A stretch of 64,000 bases of DNA, from positions 2,336,001 through 2,400,000 of the forward strand of contig CBDCKW010000009.1 in NCBI GenBank assembly GCA_965218435.1. Reading direction: 5' to 3'. A program made the translations under genes and the position numbers. This DNA comes from Truepera sp. (GTDB lineage: Bacteria; Deinococcota; Deinococci; Deinococcales; Trueperaceae). Of the stretch, positions 1 to 9,815 are shown piece after piece; within the stretch, counting starts at the first letter, position 1; each line of letters starts with the position of its first letter. Under the pieces are notes generated by a model. It saw nothing but the letters and a program-made list of their open reading frames with translations. It did no database searches and was not told the DNA's origin.

Positions 1-615
1 CGGGAGCAAGTCGTCGGTGAGCTGACCTTTATCAATGTGGCGCATTCGTTTGCAGCAGAAGATCAGGGTAATATCCGCTGGTCGAGCGGGCTCGGGGGTG
101 GAGCACTCTTTGACGTGGGGTGTTACTGCATCAATCTCAGCCGGACGCTGGCCGGGGCAGAGCCGCTCGAACTTTCCGCGTTTGCCAACTACGTGGACGC
201 GAACGACGGCGGCCGAGTAGACTCGAGTTTTGCCGGAATGCTGCGTTTTCCAGCGGGCGTCACCGCGCGCTTTGATTGTGGGATGAACCTCGAGCGGCGC
301 AACTATTTAGAGCTTGTCGGAACCCAGGGGCGGCTCTATCTGGAAAATCCGTTTAGCTTGCTGGAAGAAGATTCAGTCATCGAAGAGCGTCACTTCGGTC
401 AAGACAGCATAAAGCACGAAATTGAGGGCACAAACCATTTTACGCGGATGGGTGAGGCGTTTGCCGAGGCTGTTTTGAACGGGACGCCGTTACGTTACGG
501 GCTGGATGATGCGGTGGGGAACGCCCAAACTTTAGAGGCGCTCGCTGAAGCTGCCAGACGCGCAGATGCACAAGAACTGGACGTACAATTAGGCTCACAG
601 GAGTTGGGCCTTTGA
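1..615 (+). CDS. Gfo/Idh/MocA family oxidoreductase, C-terminal part (5' truncated by window edge)
   Basis: Frame open from base 1; GGGALFDVGCY motif and LELVGTQGRL typical of the family. Confidence 0.85.
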   Translation, partial: REQVVGELTFINVAHSFAAEDQGNIRWSSGLGGGALFDVGCYCINLSRTLAGAEPLELSAFANYVDANDGGRVDSSFAGMLRFPAGVTARFDCGMNLERRNYLELVGTQGRLYLENPFSLLEEDSVIEERHFGQDSIKHEIEGTNHFTRMGEAFAEAVLNGTPLRYGLDDAVGNAQTLEALAEAARRADAQELDVQLGSQELGL

Positions 616-1721
616 CCGGCGCGAAACCGGTAGCGGTGGCAAAAGAGCTGTCCCGAGGGTTTAGCTCGAGAGCCGCCGACGCCGACCGTACCGGCACGTT
701 GCCCCCCGAAGATATCGCGGCGTTTCAGGCGTCGGGTCTAGCGGCGCTGAGCGTTCCGCAAAGTCAAGGCGGGTTAGGCGCTGATTTAGGTTTAGCCACC
801 GAGGTTTTGCTCACCCTCGCCCAGGGCAGCACCTCGACCGCGCTCGTAGCGACGATGCAGGTCAACTTGTTCGGTCACAGCGCCGAGACGCAGGCGTGGG
901 GCGAGCACACCGAAACCTTTTGCAACCTCGCAGTCAAGGGCGAACTCTTTAACGCCGCCGCGAGCGAACCCCAGCTCGGTTCACCGTCGCGGGGCGGTCT
1001 GCCGGAGACCTACGCCGAGCGGCGCGGTGACACGCTCGTTCTGAACGGTCATAAAACTTGGGTGACGGGCGGGGAGCAGTTAGATCATCTGCTCGTCCGG
1101 GCCAGGATCGGCGACGAAGCCAAAACGGTCTGGTGCCCCAACCATCTGCCGGGTGTCCGCTGGGAGAACACCTGGGGCGGCGGTCTCAGCCTCCGGGCGA
1201 GCGGCTCGAACGATGTTTTTTTTGAAGGAGTCGAACTGCCTGCGTCTCATTTGCTGGACGACGGCCCCAAAGCCGTCAACGTGTGGTTTCCGCTGCTGAT
1301 CGGGGCGACCTATTTGGGCACAGCTTTGGCAGCTAGGGACACTGCTATCCACTACGCCCAAAACCGTGTCCCAACGGCGCTTGGCAAACCCATTGCCACC
1401 TTGCCGACGATTCAGCGGCAGTTGGGTGACATGGAGGTCAAACTGCTGGCAGCACAAACTCTGTTGTTAGACACGGCCCGTGCTTGGGACGGACGCGGCG
1501 ACCGGGACGCGTTCTATCCGCGTGTCGTCACCGCCAAATATGTTGCCGTCGAAACCGCGCTGAGCGTGACTGAAGCGGCTTTGCGGCTGGCAGGAGGCCC
1601 CAGCCTCTCTTCTGAGCTCCCCTTAGAACGCTTTTTCCGCGACGTGCGGGCCGGACTGATGCACCCCCCTTCGGGCGACGCCGCGTTAGAACTCGTCGGA
1701 CGGCACACGCTAGGGTCATAA
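612..1721 (+). CDS. Acyl-CoA dehydrogenase-fold flavoprotein (possibly monooxygenase type)
   Basis: LNGHKTWVTG, GLSLRASGS, LERFFRDVRAGLMHPP; start overlaps upstream stop (TTGA). Confidence 0.85.
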   Translation: MTGAKPVAVAKELSRGFSSRAADADRTGTLPPEDIAAFQASGLAALSVPQSQGGLGADLGLATEVLLTLAQGSTSTALVATMQVNLFGHSAETQAWGEHTETFCNLAVKGELFNAAASEPQLGSPSRGGLPETYAERRGDTLVLNGHKTWVTGGEQLDHLLVRARIGDEAKTVWCPNHLPGVRWENTWGGGLSLRASGSNDVFFEGVELPASHLLDDGPKAVNVWFPLLIGATYLGTALAARDTAIHYAQNRVPTALGKPIATLPTIQRQLGDMEVKLLAAQTLLLDTARAWDGRGDRDAFYPRVVTAKYVAVETALSVTEAALRLAGGPSLSSELPLERFFRDVRAGLMHPPSGDAALELVGRHTLGS

Positions 1722-1747
1722 ACCTTCTCAGGGGTAAACTGCCCCTT

Positions 1748-2833
1748 ATGCTCAGAAACCCCCTTAACTGGCTGCTCGTCTTCGTCCCCGTGACGTTCTG
1801 GCTTACGTTTACCCACGCGTCCGAAACCCTGATTTTCGGCGGCGCGTGTCTAGCCATTTTGCCCCTCGCCGGACTGATGGGCACCGCCACCGAGCAGCTT
1901 GCCTTCCGCACCGGCTCGACCATCGGCGGGTTGTTAAACGCCACCTTCGGCAACGCTACGGAGCTGATTATCGCGTTTTTTGCCCTCTCTGCCGGTAAGT
2001 TCAGCGTCGTCAAAGCGTCGTTGACCGGCTCGATTATCGGCAACTTGCTGCTGGTTTTGGGGCTCTCTATCTTTTTGGGCGGGCTCCGCTACACCAAGCA
2101 GACCTTTAACCGGCAAGCGGCGCAGGTCACGGCCAGCTTACTGCTGATTTCGGTGATCGCCTTTTTGGTCCCGGCGCTGTTTGACCTGACCGAACGCTCG
2201 CTCGGCGTCGGGGCGGCGACCGTTCGGATTGACGATACGCACCTCGCTTTAGGGGTGTCGCTCGTGCTGATCGGGCTTTACGTCGCTAACTTGGTCTTTA
2301 GTCTGGTCACGCACCGGGATATGCTTTCGGAATCGGATGACAGCCACGACGAAGAGGATAGCAGCTGGAGTCCACTGCTAGCCGTGGGCGTTTTGCTCGC
2401 GGCCACGGTACTCGTCGGCTTTATGTCCGAATATTTGGTGAACTCTTTAGAAGGTTTTACTACTGACCTCGGCCTATCCGAGTTTTTCGTCGGTCTGATC
2501 ATCATCCCCATCGTTGGGAACGCCGCCGAACACGCCGCCGCCGTGATGTTCGCCCTCAAAAACAAGATGGGACTGGCCGTGACAATTGCGCTCGGGTCAA
2601 CCACGCAGATTGCGCTTTTTGTCGCGCCACTCTTGGTCGTCTTGTCGTTTGTGATTGGGAAGCCGATGAACCTGATTTTGAACAATTCGCTCGAGCTCAT
2701 CGCCCTTATCGGCGCGGTGTTTATCGCCAACTCCGTGGCCCGTGACGGGGAGACGAACTGGCTCGAGGGGTTGATGCTTTTAGGCGTCTACCTGATTTTG
2801 GGGATTGCGTTTTTCTTTTTGCCGAGTGCATAA
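1748..2833 (+). CDS. chaA: Ca2+/H+ antiporter (CaCA/CAX family)
   Basis: Alpha repeats LNATFGNATE and PIVGNAAEH, acidic central loop, about 11 TM segments. Confidence 0.93.
   Translation: MLRNPLNWLLVFVPVTFWLTFTHASETLIFGGACLAILPLAGLMGTATEQLAFRTGSTIGGLLNATFGNATELIIAFFALSAGKFSVVKASLTGSIIGNLLLVLGLSIFLGGLRYTKQTFNRQAAQVTASLLLISVIAFLVPALFDLTERSLGVGAATVRIDDTHLALGVSLVLIGLYVANLVFSLVTHRDMLSESDDSHDEEDSSWSPLLAVGVLLAATVLVGFMSEYLVNSLEGFTTDLGLSEFFVGLIIIPIVGNAAEHAAAVMFALKNKMGLAVTIALGSTTQIALFVAPLLVVLSFVIGKPMNLILNNSLELIALIGAVFIANSVARDGETNWLEGLMLLGVYLILGIAFFFLPSA
2761..2833 (+). repeat. Direct repeat copy 1: last 73 bp of the CAX gene
   Basis: About 90% identical to 3433-3503 by manual alignment. Confidence 0.95.
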
Positions 2834-2901
2834 GAAACCGTTACTTTTCTCAAAGTGCTCGGTTGCGGTTTCCCATAATATCTTAGAAAGCAACAAAAGC
2901 T

Positions 2902-3099
2902 TTAGTGTTTGGCCTGCTCTTTTGCGATCAAGGCTCGGACATCCCCTAAAAGTTCAACGGGAACCTGCATCAGCGTCTCTTCTACCGAGAGAGCCGCTTC
3001 GTCTTCTGCTGTAGCATCATCTTCGCTCTGCGTTTCGTAGTAGTCGACGACCCGCTTGACTTTATCTTCGTTCCAACCGGCGGGAAATTTGTTCTTCAT
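2902..3099 (-). CDS. Small putative antitoxin partner of the upstream gene
   Basis: 65 aa acidic protein, start overlaps upstream stop (ATGA), RBS GGAGG. Confidence 0.7.
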   Translation of the reverse strand: MKNKFPAGWNEDKVKRVVDYYETQSEDDATAEDEAALSVEETLMQVPVELLGDVRALIAKEQAKH

Positions 3100-3383
3100 A
3101 GCTTGCCTCCTTTCTTGTGGCGGCGTTTGTACGCAGCTAAGACTTTGCCTTTAAGTTCGTACGCAGTAACGACGAAAACGCGGTCGGGCTCTGGATCAGG
3201 CACATAGATGACGCGCAAGTAACGACCTCCCGACGTTTGACCTATAGCGATCCGCGAACCTTCACGACCCTGCCGGTCTTCGCCGGTATTGTAGAGAACA
3301 TCTTCGACTTCCCCTTCGTCAACGTTGTGCTTGTAGAGGTGCGGCAACTCGGTTTTAGGGTCGATATAGAAGCGGATGTCCAT
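3096..3383 (-). CDS. BrnT/DUF4258-like putative toxin
   Basis: KHNVDEGEVEDVL...IAIGQTSGGRYLRVIY...FVVTAY pattern; two-gene operon. Confidence 0.7.
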   Translation of the reverse strand: MDIRFYIDPKTELPHLYKHNVDEGEVEDVLYNTGEDRQGREGSRIAIGQTSGGRYLRVIYVPDPEPDRVFVVTAYELKGKVLAAYKRRHKKGGKL

Positions 3384-3432
3384 AGGGTCCCTGCTGAGTC
3401 TACCGCAAACTCCGGTAAACGCTGCTTGACTT

Positions 3433-3503
3433 GCTCGAGGGCCTGATGCTTTTAGGGTCTATCTGATTTTGGGGATTGCGTTTTTCTTTTTGCGAGTGCT
3501 TAG
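3433..3503 (+). repeat. Direct repeat copy 2: decayed duplicate of the CAX 3' end
   Basis: GCTCGAGGGCCTGATGCTTTTAGGGTCTATCTGATTTTGGGGATTGCG...; two 1-bp deletions relative to copy 1. Confidence 0.95.
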
Positions 3504-3687
3504 AGGTCGGCTCGAGCGTTTTGGACCGCACACCTTTTGAAAAGATTCAACAGTCCTCTCGAACTTGGGCTCGTCGGTACAGCCATCTCTTAAAAGCAGA
3601 TAGTCTTTTATAAGTTGGGAGGCAGCCTCGAACAAAACTTCAGGTGATTGACTCTGCTAGAAGGCTGTACAAAGTCGTCTTCTTCGC

Positions 3688-3918
3688 CTAGCTTGCCGTA
3701 GCGTTCTTGGATTGCCATAAGTTTCTTTTAGCACCGGGCTCGAGCTCTGGCAGCCTCGGCTTCTTTGCGCAGAAACTCGAGTTTTCCTGACGCTGCGTCT
3801 TTTCCAGCTGTTCATCCCAAAGCCCCCAGTCTTTTTCGGCTAGCCATTCACGGAGCTGAGTAAAGTCTTCGGGTGACAAGGCTTCTATTTCAGCTTTGAT
3901 TTGCTCAACTTGGGCCAT
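3688..3918 (-). pseudogene. Frameshifted addiction-module-type small protein
   Basis: MAQVEQIKAEIEALSPEDF...DWGLWDEQLEK continues in another frame as DAASGKLEFLRKEA; TACAAT-N6-ATG at 3918; 3' end approximate. Confidence 0.6.
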
Positions 3919-3956
3919 ATGCGAATTGTACGCGAAACTATAAGGGAGCAGACTTA

Positions 3957-5231
3957 TCACTCTCGCTCAACCAAACCCAAAGCTTTTTCCCACTCTTTTT
4001 TGAGTCTGTTGTTCCACAAATTGTTCACATCGGCATTTTCGTCTCGAGTAGATTCGTTCAAATGATTAGGTGCGTCAGCTAAAAGCTTAGCTAACATACG
4101 CTTCAACAGCAAAACCTTTGTTGCCTTATTACCAGGTTCAAAATTGTCATTCCAATCTTGAAAGGTATCTTCTCCAGAATGAACAAAAGAATTACGCCAG
4201 CGATAAGCACTTTCGATGGCTTGTCCACAATCAACAAGAGAGCGTCCTTTTAGATTCGCTAATCTAGGCAAAAGAACTGTTAATCTAAGTCGTTTTTCGT
4301 TGTCATTGTCAAGAAGTATTGCTTCAGCGGTAGTAGTTAAATACAAAACGGAAATCCCCATACCCTCAAAAGCTCCCGAGTTTCTTTCGGAGTCAATAGC
4401 TTTTGCAAAGAGTCGTAGTGCTTTGAAAAAACGGAATCTGAGCTTATTTTTATCTCTTTCAAGGACAATTTGCTGAAACAAGTCCCTAAATTTCTTTTGA
4501 TTGACTCTCTTAGCTATCCAACTGATGTCGAAGTTGCAGTCCCCCGTAAAATTCAAAGGTTTGTGCCTAAAGGCCTCATCGCTTTTAGCCCAGATAGCTA
4601 AGTGATTGACTTTTTTGCCTTGTGTTTCAGCTGAGAGAAAGCGGTGTTTTTGCTTGTCCTCATACTCGTATCCCCAATATATAACTTGCAATATAGCTAT
4701 AGACCAAAGAGCATAAAGCCTTGCCTGTCGGTAAACAAAATCTGTTTGATGATCTACTCTAATCGCCACCAAAGGATGGTCGAAAAAACCATCAGAACGA
4801 GATGCTTCGGTATGGCTGGCACGGGATTTTGCCTTTGCTATAGATACTTTACCCAAGCGTGCCAGCATGCTTATCTTGTCTTCTCTTGTTCCTGCCAGAA
4901 AGACAAAATCGCGCATTCTGACAGTAGATTTAAGGGTTGCATTTTGTAAAGGAACGATTACCCAATGCTCAGTCACCATTTTTTGCAGTAAGTCTTGTAG
5001 GTCACTGAGGAACTTGATGAAATCCCCTTCGTTGTAGTTGGGTTTTGTTTGTAATATATGGTCACGCAATAAAATCCCTATCGCATCTCCATAGGCTTCA
5101 TATGTCAAAATATCCTTGAAGTCAGAGGCTTTGGAAAGACCGTCAAGCAGATTTAGGGCAGGTTTGTTTTCCTCTAGGTCTAACTGCCACGACTTTTGAG
5201 ACTTACAGTTATATAAAAGGGACTCCACCAT
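3957..5231 (-). CDS. HEPN-domain protein (putative RNase, defence/toxin-like), AT-rich
   Basis: C-terminal helical region with RNSFVH (RxxxxH) motif; lower GC than flanks. Confidence 0.65.
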   Translation of the reverse strand: MVESLLYNCKSQKSWQLDLEENKPALNLLDGLSKASDFKDILTYEAYGDAIGILLRDHILQTKPNYNEGDFIKFLSDLQDLLQKMVTEHWVIVPLQNATLKSTVRMRDFVFLAGTREDKISMLARLGKVSIAKAKSRASHTEASRSDGFFDHPLVAIRVDHQTDFVYRQARLYALWSIAILQVIYWGYEYEDKQKHRFLSAETQGKKVNHLAIWAKSDEAFRHKPLNFTGDCNFDISWIAKRVNQKKFRDLFQQIVLERDKNKLRFRFFKALRLFAKAIDSERNSGAFEGMGISVLYLTTTAEAILLDNDNEKRLRLTVLLPRLANLKGRSLVDCGQAIESAYRWRNSFVHSGEDTFQDWNDNFEPGNKATKVLLLKRMLAKLLADAPNHLNESTRDENADVNNLWNNRLKKEWEKALGLVERE

Positions 5232-5279
5232 TCTACTAAGGCTGTCTATGGGCTGCCTCCTTTGGTTAGAACAACATCT

Positions 5280-7709
5280 CTATTCCCCATAAGGTACCCA
5301 AATATTCTTCACCTGCACCGCCCGCCGCAAATACTCTCTTCCCTGCCCCTGCTCCGCGTCAAACCAGTCGCGGCGTTTGCCGTAATTCACCCACGTCCGC
5401 TTGAGGTTCCCCACACTCTCACGCTCGACCATAGCGCTCCCCGCTGCACTCCCGACATACCACAGCCCATCTACATCGTCGTGCTGCGCCAGCGTTTTGG
5501 CGAGGCCCTCACGCGGCCCGGTCACGATGTTGACGACGCCACCGGGAACGTCCGAAGTGTCTAAAACTTGATAGAGGTCAGTCGCAACGAGCGGATAACG
5601 TTCACTCGGCAAGACAATCACGCGGTTGCCCATTGCGACGCACGGCGCAACGAGCGACACGAAGCTCAGCAGCGGCGCGTCGTCCGGGCAGACGACGCCC
5701 ATCACGCCCAAAGGTTCATTCATCGCGAGCGTGACGTTGCGGGCCGGGACGCCGTGAACCTGACCGTCGTATTTATCGGCGTAAGCGGCGTAGTAGAAGA
5801 AGCGTTCGACGGACGCCAGTACCTCGGTTTCGGCTTTGCGGCGGGTGATGCCGGTCAGCTGCACGAGCCGCGCCTCAAATTCGGGTGCCCTCGCCGAGAG
5901 GTTTTCCGCCAGGTAGTACAGCACCTGAGCGCGAGCGTGCGCCGTCAGCTTCGTCCAGCCGGACGCTTTGCGCGCCGCTTCGACGGCGTTACGAACGTCT
6001 TTACGGTTGCCCTCACCGACTTCACCTACGAGTTTGCCTTTAGCGTCTACGACCCGGACGCTGTACCCGGAATCGGGGCGAGCTTGTTTACCGCCGATGT
6101 AGAGCTTAGGGGTGCGGTCAACCGCAGGCAGGGTAGCGTCAGTAGAGGGTAGCGCGTCATCAGGCAATGCAGCTACGTCTAAGTCGGCGTCGCCGTAGAG
6201 CGGCAGGCTTTTCTCCCAACTTGGTTTGACGTATTCGTAGAGCCCTTCACGGCCCCCTTCACGCCCAAAGCCCGACTCGCGGTAGCCGCCGAAGCCTGCC
6301 GCCGCGTCGAACTGATTCGTACAGTTGACCCACACGACCCCAGCTTTGATTTTGGGGGCAATGTCGAGCGCCAGGTTGACGTTTTCCGTCCAGACCGACG
6401 CCGCGAGGCCGTAGCGGGTGTTGTTGGCGAGTTCTACGGCTTCAGCGGGCGTGCGAAACGTCGAACCGACCAAAACCGGGCCGAAGATTTCAACTTGAGC
6501 AATGGTTGAGGCTGGTTCCGCGTCCATAAAGAGGGTCGGCGGAAAAAAGAATCCGGTTTGCGGGACGCTCCACGAGGGTTGGTAACACGTTGCGCCCTCC
6601 CTTCTCCCCTGTTCGACCAGGTGGGTGATTTTGTCTAATTGCACCTCAGCCACCACCGCGCCCATATCTATGGACTTGTCGAGCGGGTCGCCGACGCGCA
6701 GGGTTTCCATCCGAGCTCGTAGTTTAGCCGTAAGCGTGTCGGCAATGCCTTCTTGAACGAGCAAACGTGAACCCGCGCAGCAGACCTGCCCTTGGTTAAA
6801 CCAGATGGCGTCTACCACGCCCTCGACTACACTGTCCAAATCAGCATCTTCAAAGACGACGAAGGGCGACTTACCACCGAGTTCTAACGACAGCTTTTTT
6901 CCGCTCCCGGCACTCTGTTCTCGGATGAGCTTACCCACTTCGGTTGAGCCGGTAAACGCGAGCTTATCTACGCCGTCGTGATTGACCAGCAGTTCACCCG
7001 TGCGCCCGTCGCCCGTCACAATGTTGACAACCCCCGGCGGCAGCCCAATCTCTTGCGTGATTTCGGCGAACAGCAGCGCCGTCAGTGGGGTGAACTCGGC
7101 AGGTTTTAAGACGACGGTGTTGCCCATCGCTAAAGCCGGAGCAAGTTTCCACGAAAGCATCAGCACCGGGAAGTTCCAGGGGATAATCTGGCCGCAGACG
7201 CCGACGCTCTCATAACCGGGCAGCTCGGCGCTCATGAGTTGCGCCCAACCTGCGTGGTGGTAAAAATGGCGGACGGCGAGCGGAATGTCCAAATCCCTGG
7301 TCTCACGAATCGGTTTGCCGTTGTCTAAAGTTTCTAAAACGGCGAAAAGCCTCGAGTGCTTCTGTAACTGCCGCGCCAGCGCGTAAAGGTAACGTGCCCG
7401 CGCATGACCCGGGAGCCCCGACCACGCCGGAAACGCCTTACGCGCCGCAGCTACCGCAGCGTCTACATCTTTTTCGCCTGCCTGCGCGACGCTCGCCAGC
7501 ACCTCTTTAGTGGCCGGGTTAAGCGTCTCAAAACGCTCGCCGGATTTGGCCTTGACGAATTTGCCGCCGATGAACAGCTCGAGGCGACCCTTGTGACGTG
7601 CCAGCCAAGCGCACGCAGCGTCGGCGCTTTCAGGCGCGGGGCCGTAGTCCATCGTCTCGAAAATCTCCTTAACCGTCACACTATTTCTTACAGTATCTTT
7701 TACCGTCAT
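5280..7709 (-). CDS. Two-domain aldehyde dehydrogenase (ALDH16-like)
   Basis: IIPWNFP, FTGSTEVG, LELGGKSP, GQVCCAGS, EIFGPV, followed by a second partial ALDH domain. Confidence 0.93.
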   Translation of the reverse strand: MTVKDTVRNSVTVKEIFETMDYGPAPESADAACAWLARHKGRLELFIGGKFVKAKSGERFETLNPATKEVLASVAQAGEKDVDAAVAAARKAFPAWSGLPGHARARYLYALARQLQKHSRLFAVLETLDNGKPIRETRDLDIPLAVRHFYHHAGWAQLMSAELPGYESVGVCGQIIPWNFPVLMLSWKLAPALAMGNTVVLKPAEFTPLTALLFAEITQEIGLPPGVVNIVTGDGRTGELLVNHDGVDKLAFTGSTEVGKLIREQSAGSGKKLSLELGGKSPFVVFEDADLDSVVEGVVDAIWFNQGQVCCAGSRLLVQEGIADTLTAKLRARMETLRVGDPLDKSIDMGAVVAEVQLDKITHLVEQGRREGATCYQPSWSVPQTGFFFPPTLFMDAEPASTIAQVEIFGPVLVGSTFRTPAEAVELANNTRYGLAASVWTENVNLALDIAPKIKAGVVWVNCTNQFDAAAGFGGYRESGFGREGGREGLYEYVKPSWEKSLPLYGDADLDVAALPDDALPSTDATLPAVDRTPKLYIGGKQARPDSGYSVRVVDAKGKLVGEVGEGNRKDVRNAVEAARKASGWTKLTAHARAQVLYYLAENLSARAPEFEARLVQLTGITRRKAETEVLASVERFFYYAAYADKYDGQVHGVPARNVTLAMNEPLGVMGVVCPDDAPLLSFVSLVAPCVAMGNRVIVLPSERYPLVATDLYQVLDTSDVPGGVVNIVTGPREGLAKTLAQHDDVDGLWYVGSAAGSAMVERESVGNLKRTWVNYGKRRDWFDAEQGQGREYLRRAVQVKNIWVPYGE

Positions 7710-8146
7710 AAGGCTCCTATCCCTGCGTCACTTGCCGGAACGCCGAGGGCTTCGGCGGCGCGGAGGAGGGGTTTATCGAGGGTATAGAGGATGAGCCCAC
7801 GGCGTTTGACGATAGCCAGGTGAAGCGCGTCGGGACCACGTAAGCCCAAGTTTGTTTGGGGTAGCAAAAGTCTCGTTGCTTCCTGAAAATCTTCACTTGC
7901 GGGCGTCAGCAGCCGATAAAACTTCGCGTCCTGCGAGAAACGGTTGAGCACCGACTTAGCTGTCTCTACTTGCATGTTGCCCATACGCACGTCCCGCGCC
8001 AAGAGACTAGCAAATTCAACCTCTGTCCAACCACTCACCGTGAGTGTTCCTGACGACGCGCGACCCAGAAAAGCTTCGACAGAGGGACTCGAGGATTCCG
8101 GAATATAATAAGGAGCCACGAAGCTCATATCGAGATAGCCTATCAG
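7706..8146 (-). CDS. vapC: VapC/PIN toxin
   Basis: In-frame YLD(M)SF...EVEFAS...GPDALHLA...TLDKPL; the first Asp lies upstream of ATG 8128, so start extended to CTG 8146. Confidence 0.8.
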   Translation of the reverse strand: MIGYLDMSFVAPYYIPESSSPSVEAFLGRASSGTLTVSGWTEVEFASLLARDVRMGNMQVETAKSVLNRFSQDAKFYRLLTPASEDFQEATRLLLPQTNLGLRGPDALHLAIVKRRGLILYTLDKPLLRAAEALGVPASDAGIGAL

Positions 8147-8376
8147 TAGCGGGCCTCGTCACGCATTCGGCGCAACTCTTCGACGATACTCCCGCCAGTA
8201 CGACCTACGCTTTCTCTAAATTCAGACCTTGAAGGAAACGGCTTGTAAACCTTTTCCGTGGGCGACAACACCGCCACCGGCTTACCGCGCCGCGTAATCG
8301 TCACCTTTTCGCCCGCTTCAACCTGTTTGAGCAGCTCACTTAGTTTTGCCTTGGCCTCTGCCACGCTAACTTCCAC
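8143..8376 (-). CDS. Phd/YefM antitoxin
   Basis: VSVAEAKAKLSELLKQVEAGEKVTITRRGKPVA; GGAGG RBS before GTG 8376. Confidence 0.9.
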   Translation of the reverse strand: MEVSVAEAKAKLSELLKQVEAGEKVTITRRGKPVAVLSPTEKVYKPFPSRSEFRESVGRTGGSIVEELRRMRDEARY

Positions 8377-8400
8377 CCTGCACCTCCGAATCTTCATTGA

Positions 8401-8424
8401 TGGTCATGTTTGTAGTCATTTTAG
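8401..8424 (-). promoter_or_regulatory. Putative TA promoter/operator (TAAAAT overlapping ATGACTA-N5-ATGACCA repeats)
   Basis: Repeat pair directly upstream of the antitoxin RBS. Confidence 0.4.
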
Positions 8425-8567
8425 CACGGGGGTCAGCGGACGCTTGCAAGCGTAACCGAACCCTGCGCCGCACCGCATAAACCCAAGCTTGCCGATGATG
8501 CCGGGGACGGGCCTCGAGCCTCCTCAAGCCCTGCACCGGCGAAGCGTGGCAGAGCTGCAACCTCTGC

Positions 8568-9782
8568 TCAGCGAACCCGTTCGCGCCCCAGCTTCTTGGG
8601 GTTGAGACGTCCAGCAAACACCTCCGCCAGCCGCGCAATCCCTGTGTCTATCTCTTCGGGCGTCGCCACCGAATAGCTGAGCCGTAAGGTGTTGAGTCCG
8701 CTGCCGTCGGTGTGAAAGGTCTCGCCGGGAACATACGCGACGTCCTCTTTAACGGCCTCGTAAGCAATTTCGGTGGCGTTGAGACCCTCGGGCAGCGTAC
8801 ACCAGAGAAACATTCCGCCCGCAGGCCGCGTCCAGCGGACACCCTCGGGCATGTACTTGTCCAGTGCTCTCAGCATCAGGTCGCGCTGGCTTTTGTAGTA
8901 GGCACGCACCTTGTCTACCTGCGCGTCCATAAAGCCGTCTTGGGTCACGTCAAAGGCGATCATCTGGGTAAAGGTGGCGGTGTGCAAGTCGGCGGCTTGT
9001 TTAGCTCGGGTCAATAAGGTCAGCACCTCGGGCGACGCGACCACCCACGCCAACCGAAACCCCGGTACCATAATTTTAGAAAACGTCCCGCAGTAGACGA
9101 CGCCCTCGGGCGCGAGCGCGTGGAGGTTCGGGAGTGCGTCCCCTTCAAAACGGAGTTCGCCGTAGGGGTTGTCTTCCAAAATCGGTACGCCGTAACGCGC
9201 GGCCAGCTCGAGCAAAAGCTTACGGCGCTCGAGCGACATGGTGACGCCCGTTGGGTTATCGAAGTTGGGGATGACGTAGAGCAGTTTGGGGCGCGTTTTT
9301 AGGGCGGCCCCCAACGCGTCCGGGAGCATCCCCTCGTCATCGGTCGGGACGCTGAGATAGTTTGGCTCATAAGCGTCGAAGGCGCGCAGTGCGCCCATAT
9401 AGGTCGGCGCAGCGACGACAACGGTGTCGCCGGGATCGAGAAAAAGCTTACCCAGCAGATCGAGCCCCTGCTGCGACCCGGAGACGATCTGCACGTTTTG
9501 CGCCGTTACGCCCTCAGCGCCGCCCGCCCCCAGCTGCGCCGCGACCCAGGTGCGGAGCGGCAGATACCCTTCGGTGGTCCCGTACTGCAAGGCTTCAGCG
9601 CCGCGCTCGGCTAACACCGCATCGGCGGCGCTGCGCAAACGCTCGGTCGGAAACAGGTGCGGAGCCGGAAGGCCCCCGGCAAACGAGATGACGGTGGAAC
9701 GCTGCGTCAGCTTCAAAATCTCGCGGATCGCCGAGGGTTTCATGTTACGCGTGCGGGTAGCAAAACTCTCCGACCAGTTCAC
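8568..9782 (-). CDS. PLP-dependent class I/II aminotransferase (LysN/2-aminoadipate transaminase-like)
   Basis: ISFAGGLPAP, PNFDNPTG, EDNPYGEL, GTFSK, PGFRLAW. Confidence 0.9.
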   Translation of the reverse strand: MNWSESFATRTRNMKPSAIREILKLTQRSTVISFAGGLPAPHLFPTERLRSAADAVLAERGAEALQYGTTEGYLPLRTWVAAQLGAGGAEGVTAQNVQIVSGSQQGLDLLGKLFLDPGDTVVVAAPTYMGALRAFDAYEPNYLSVPTDDEGMLPDALGAALKTRPKLLYVIPNFDNPTGVTMSLERRKLLLELAARYGVPILEDNPYGELRFEGDALPNLHALAPEGVVYCGTFSKIMVPGFRLAWVVASPEVLTLLTRAKQAADLHTATFTQMIAFDVTQDGFMDAQVDKVRAYYKSQRDLMLRALDKYMPEGVRWTRPAGGMFLWCTLPEGLNATEIAYEAVKEDVAYVPGETFHTDGSGLNTLRLSYSVATPEEIDTGIARLAEVFAGRLNPKKLGRERVR

Positions 9783-9815
9783 CTTACACCTCCAAAGGTA
9801 CTTACTAAAATAGCA

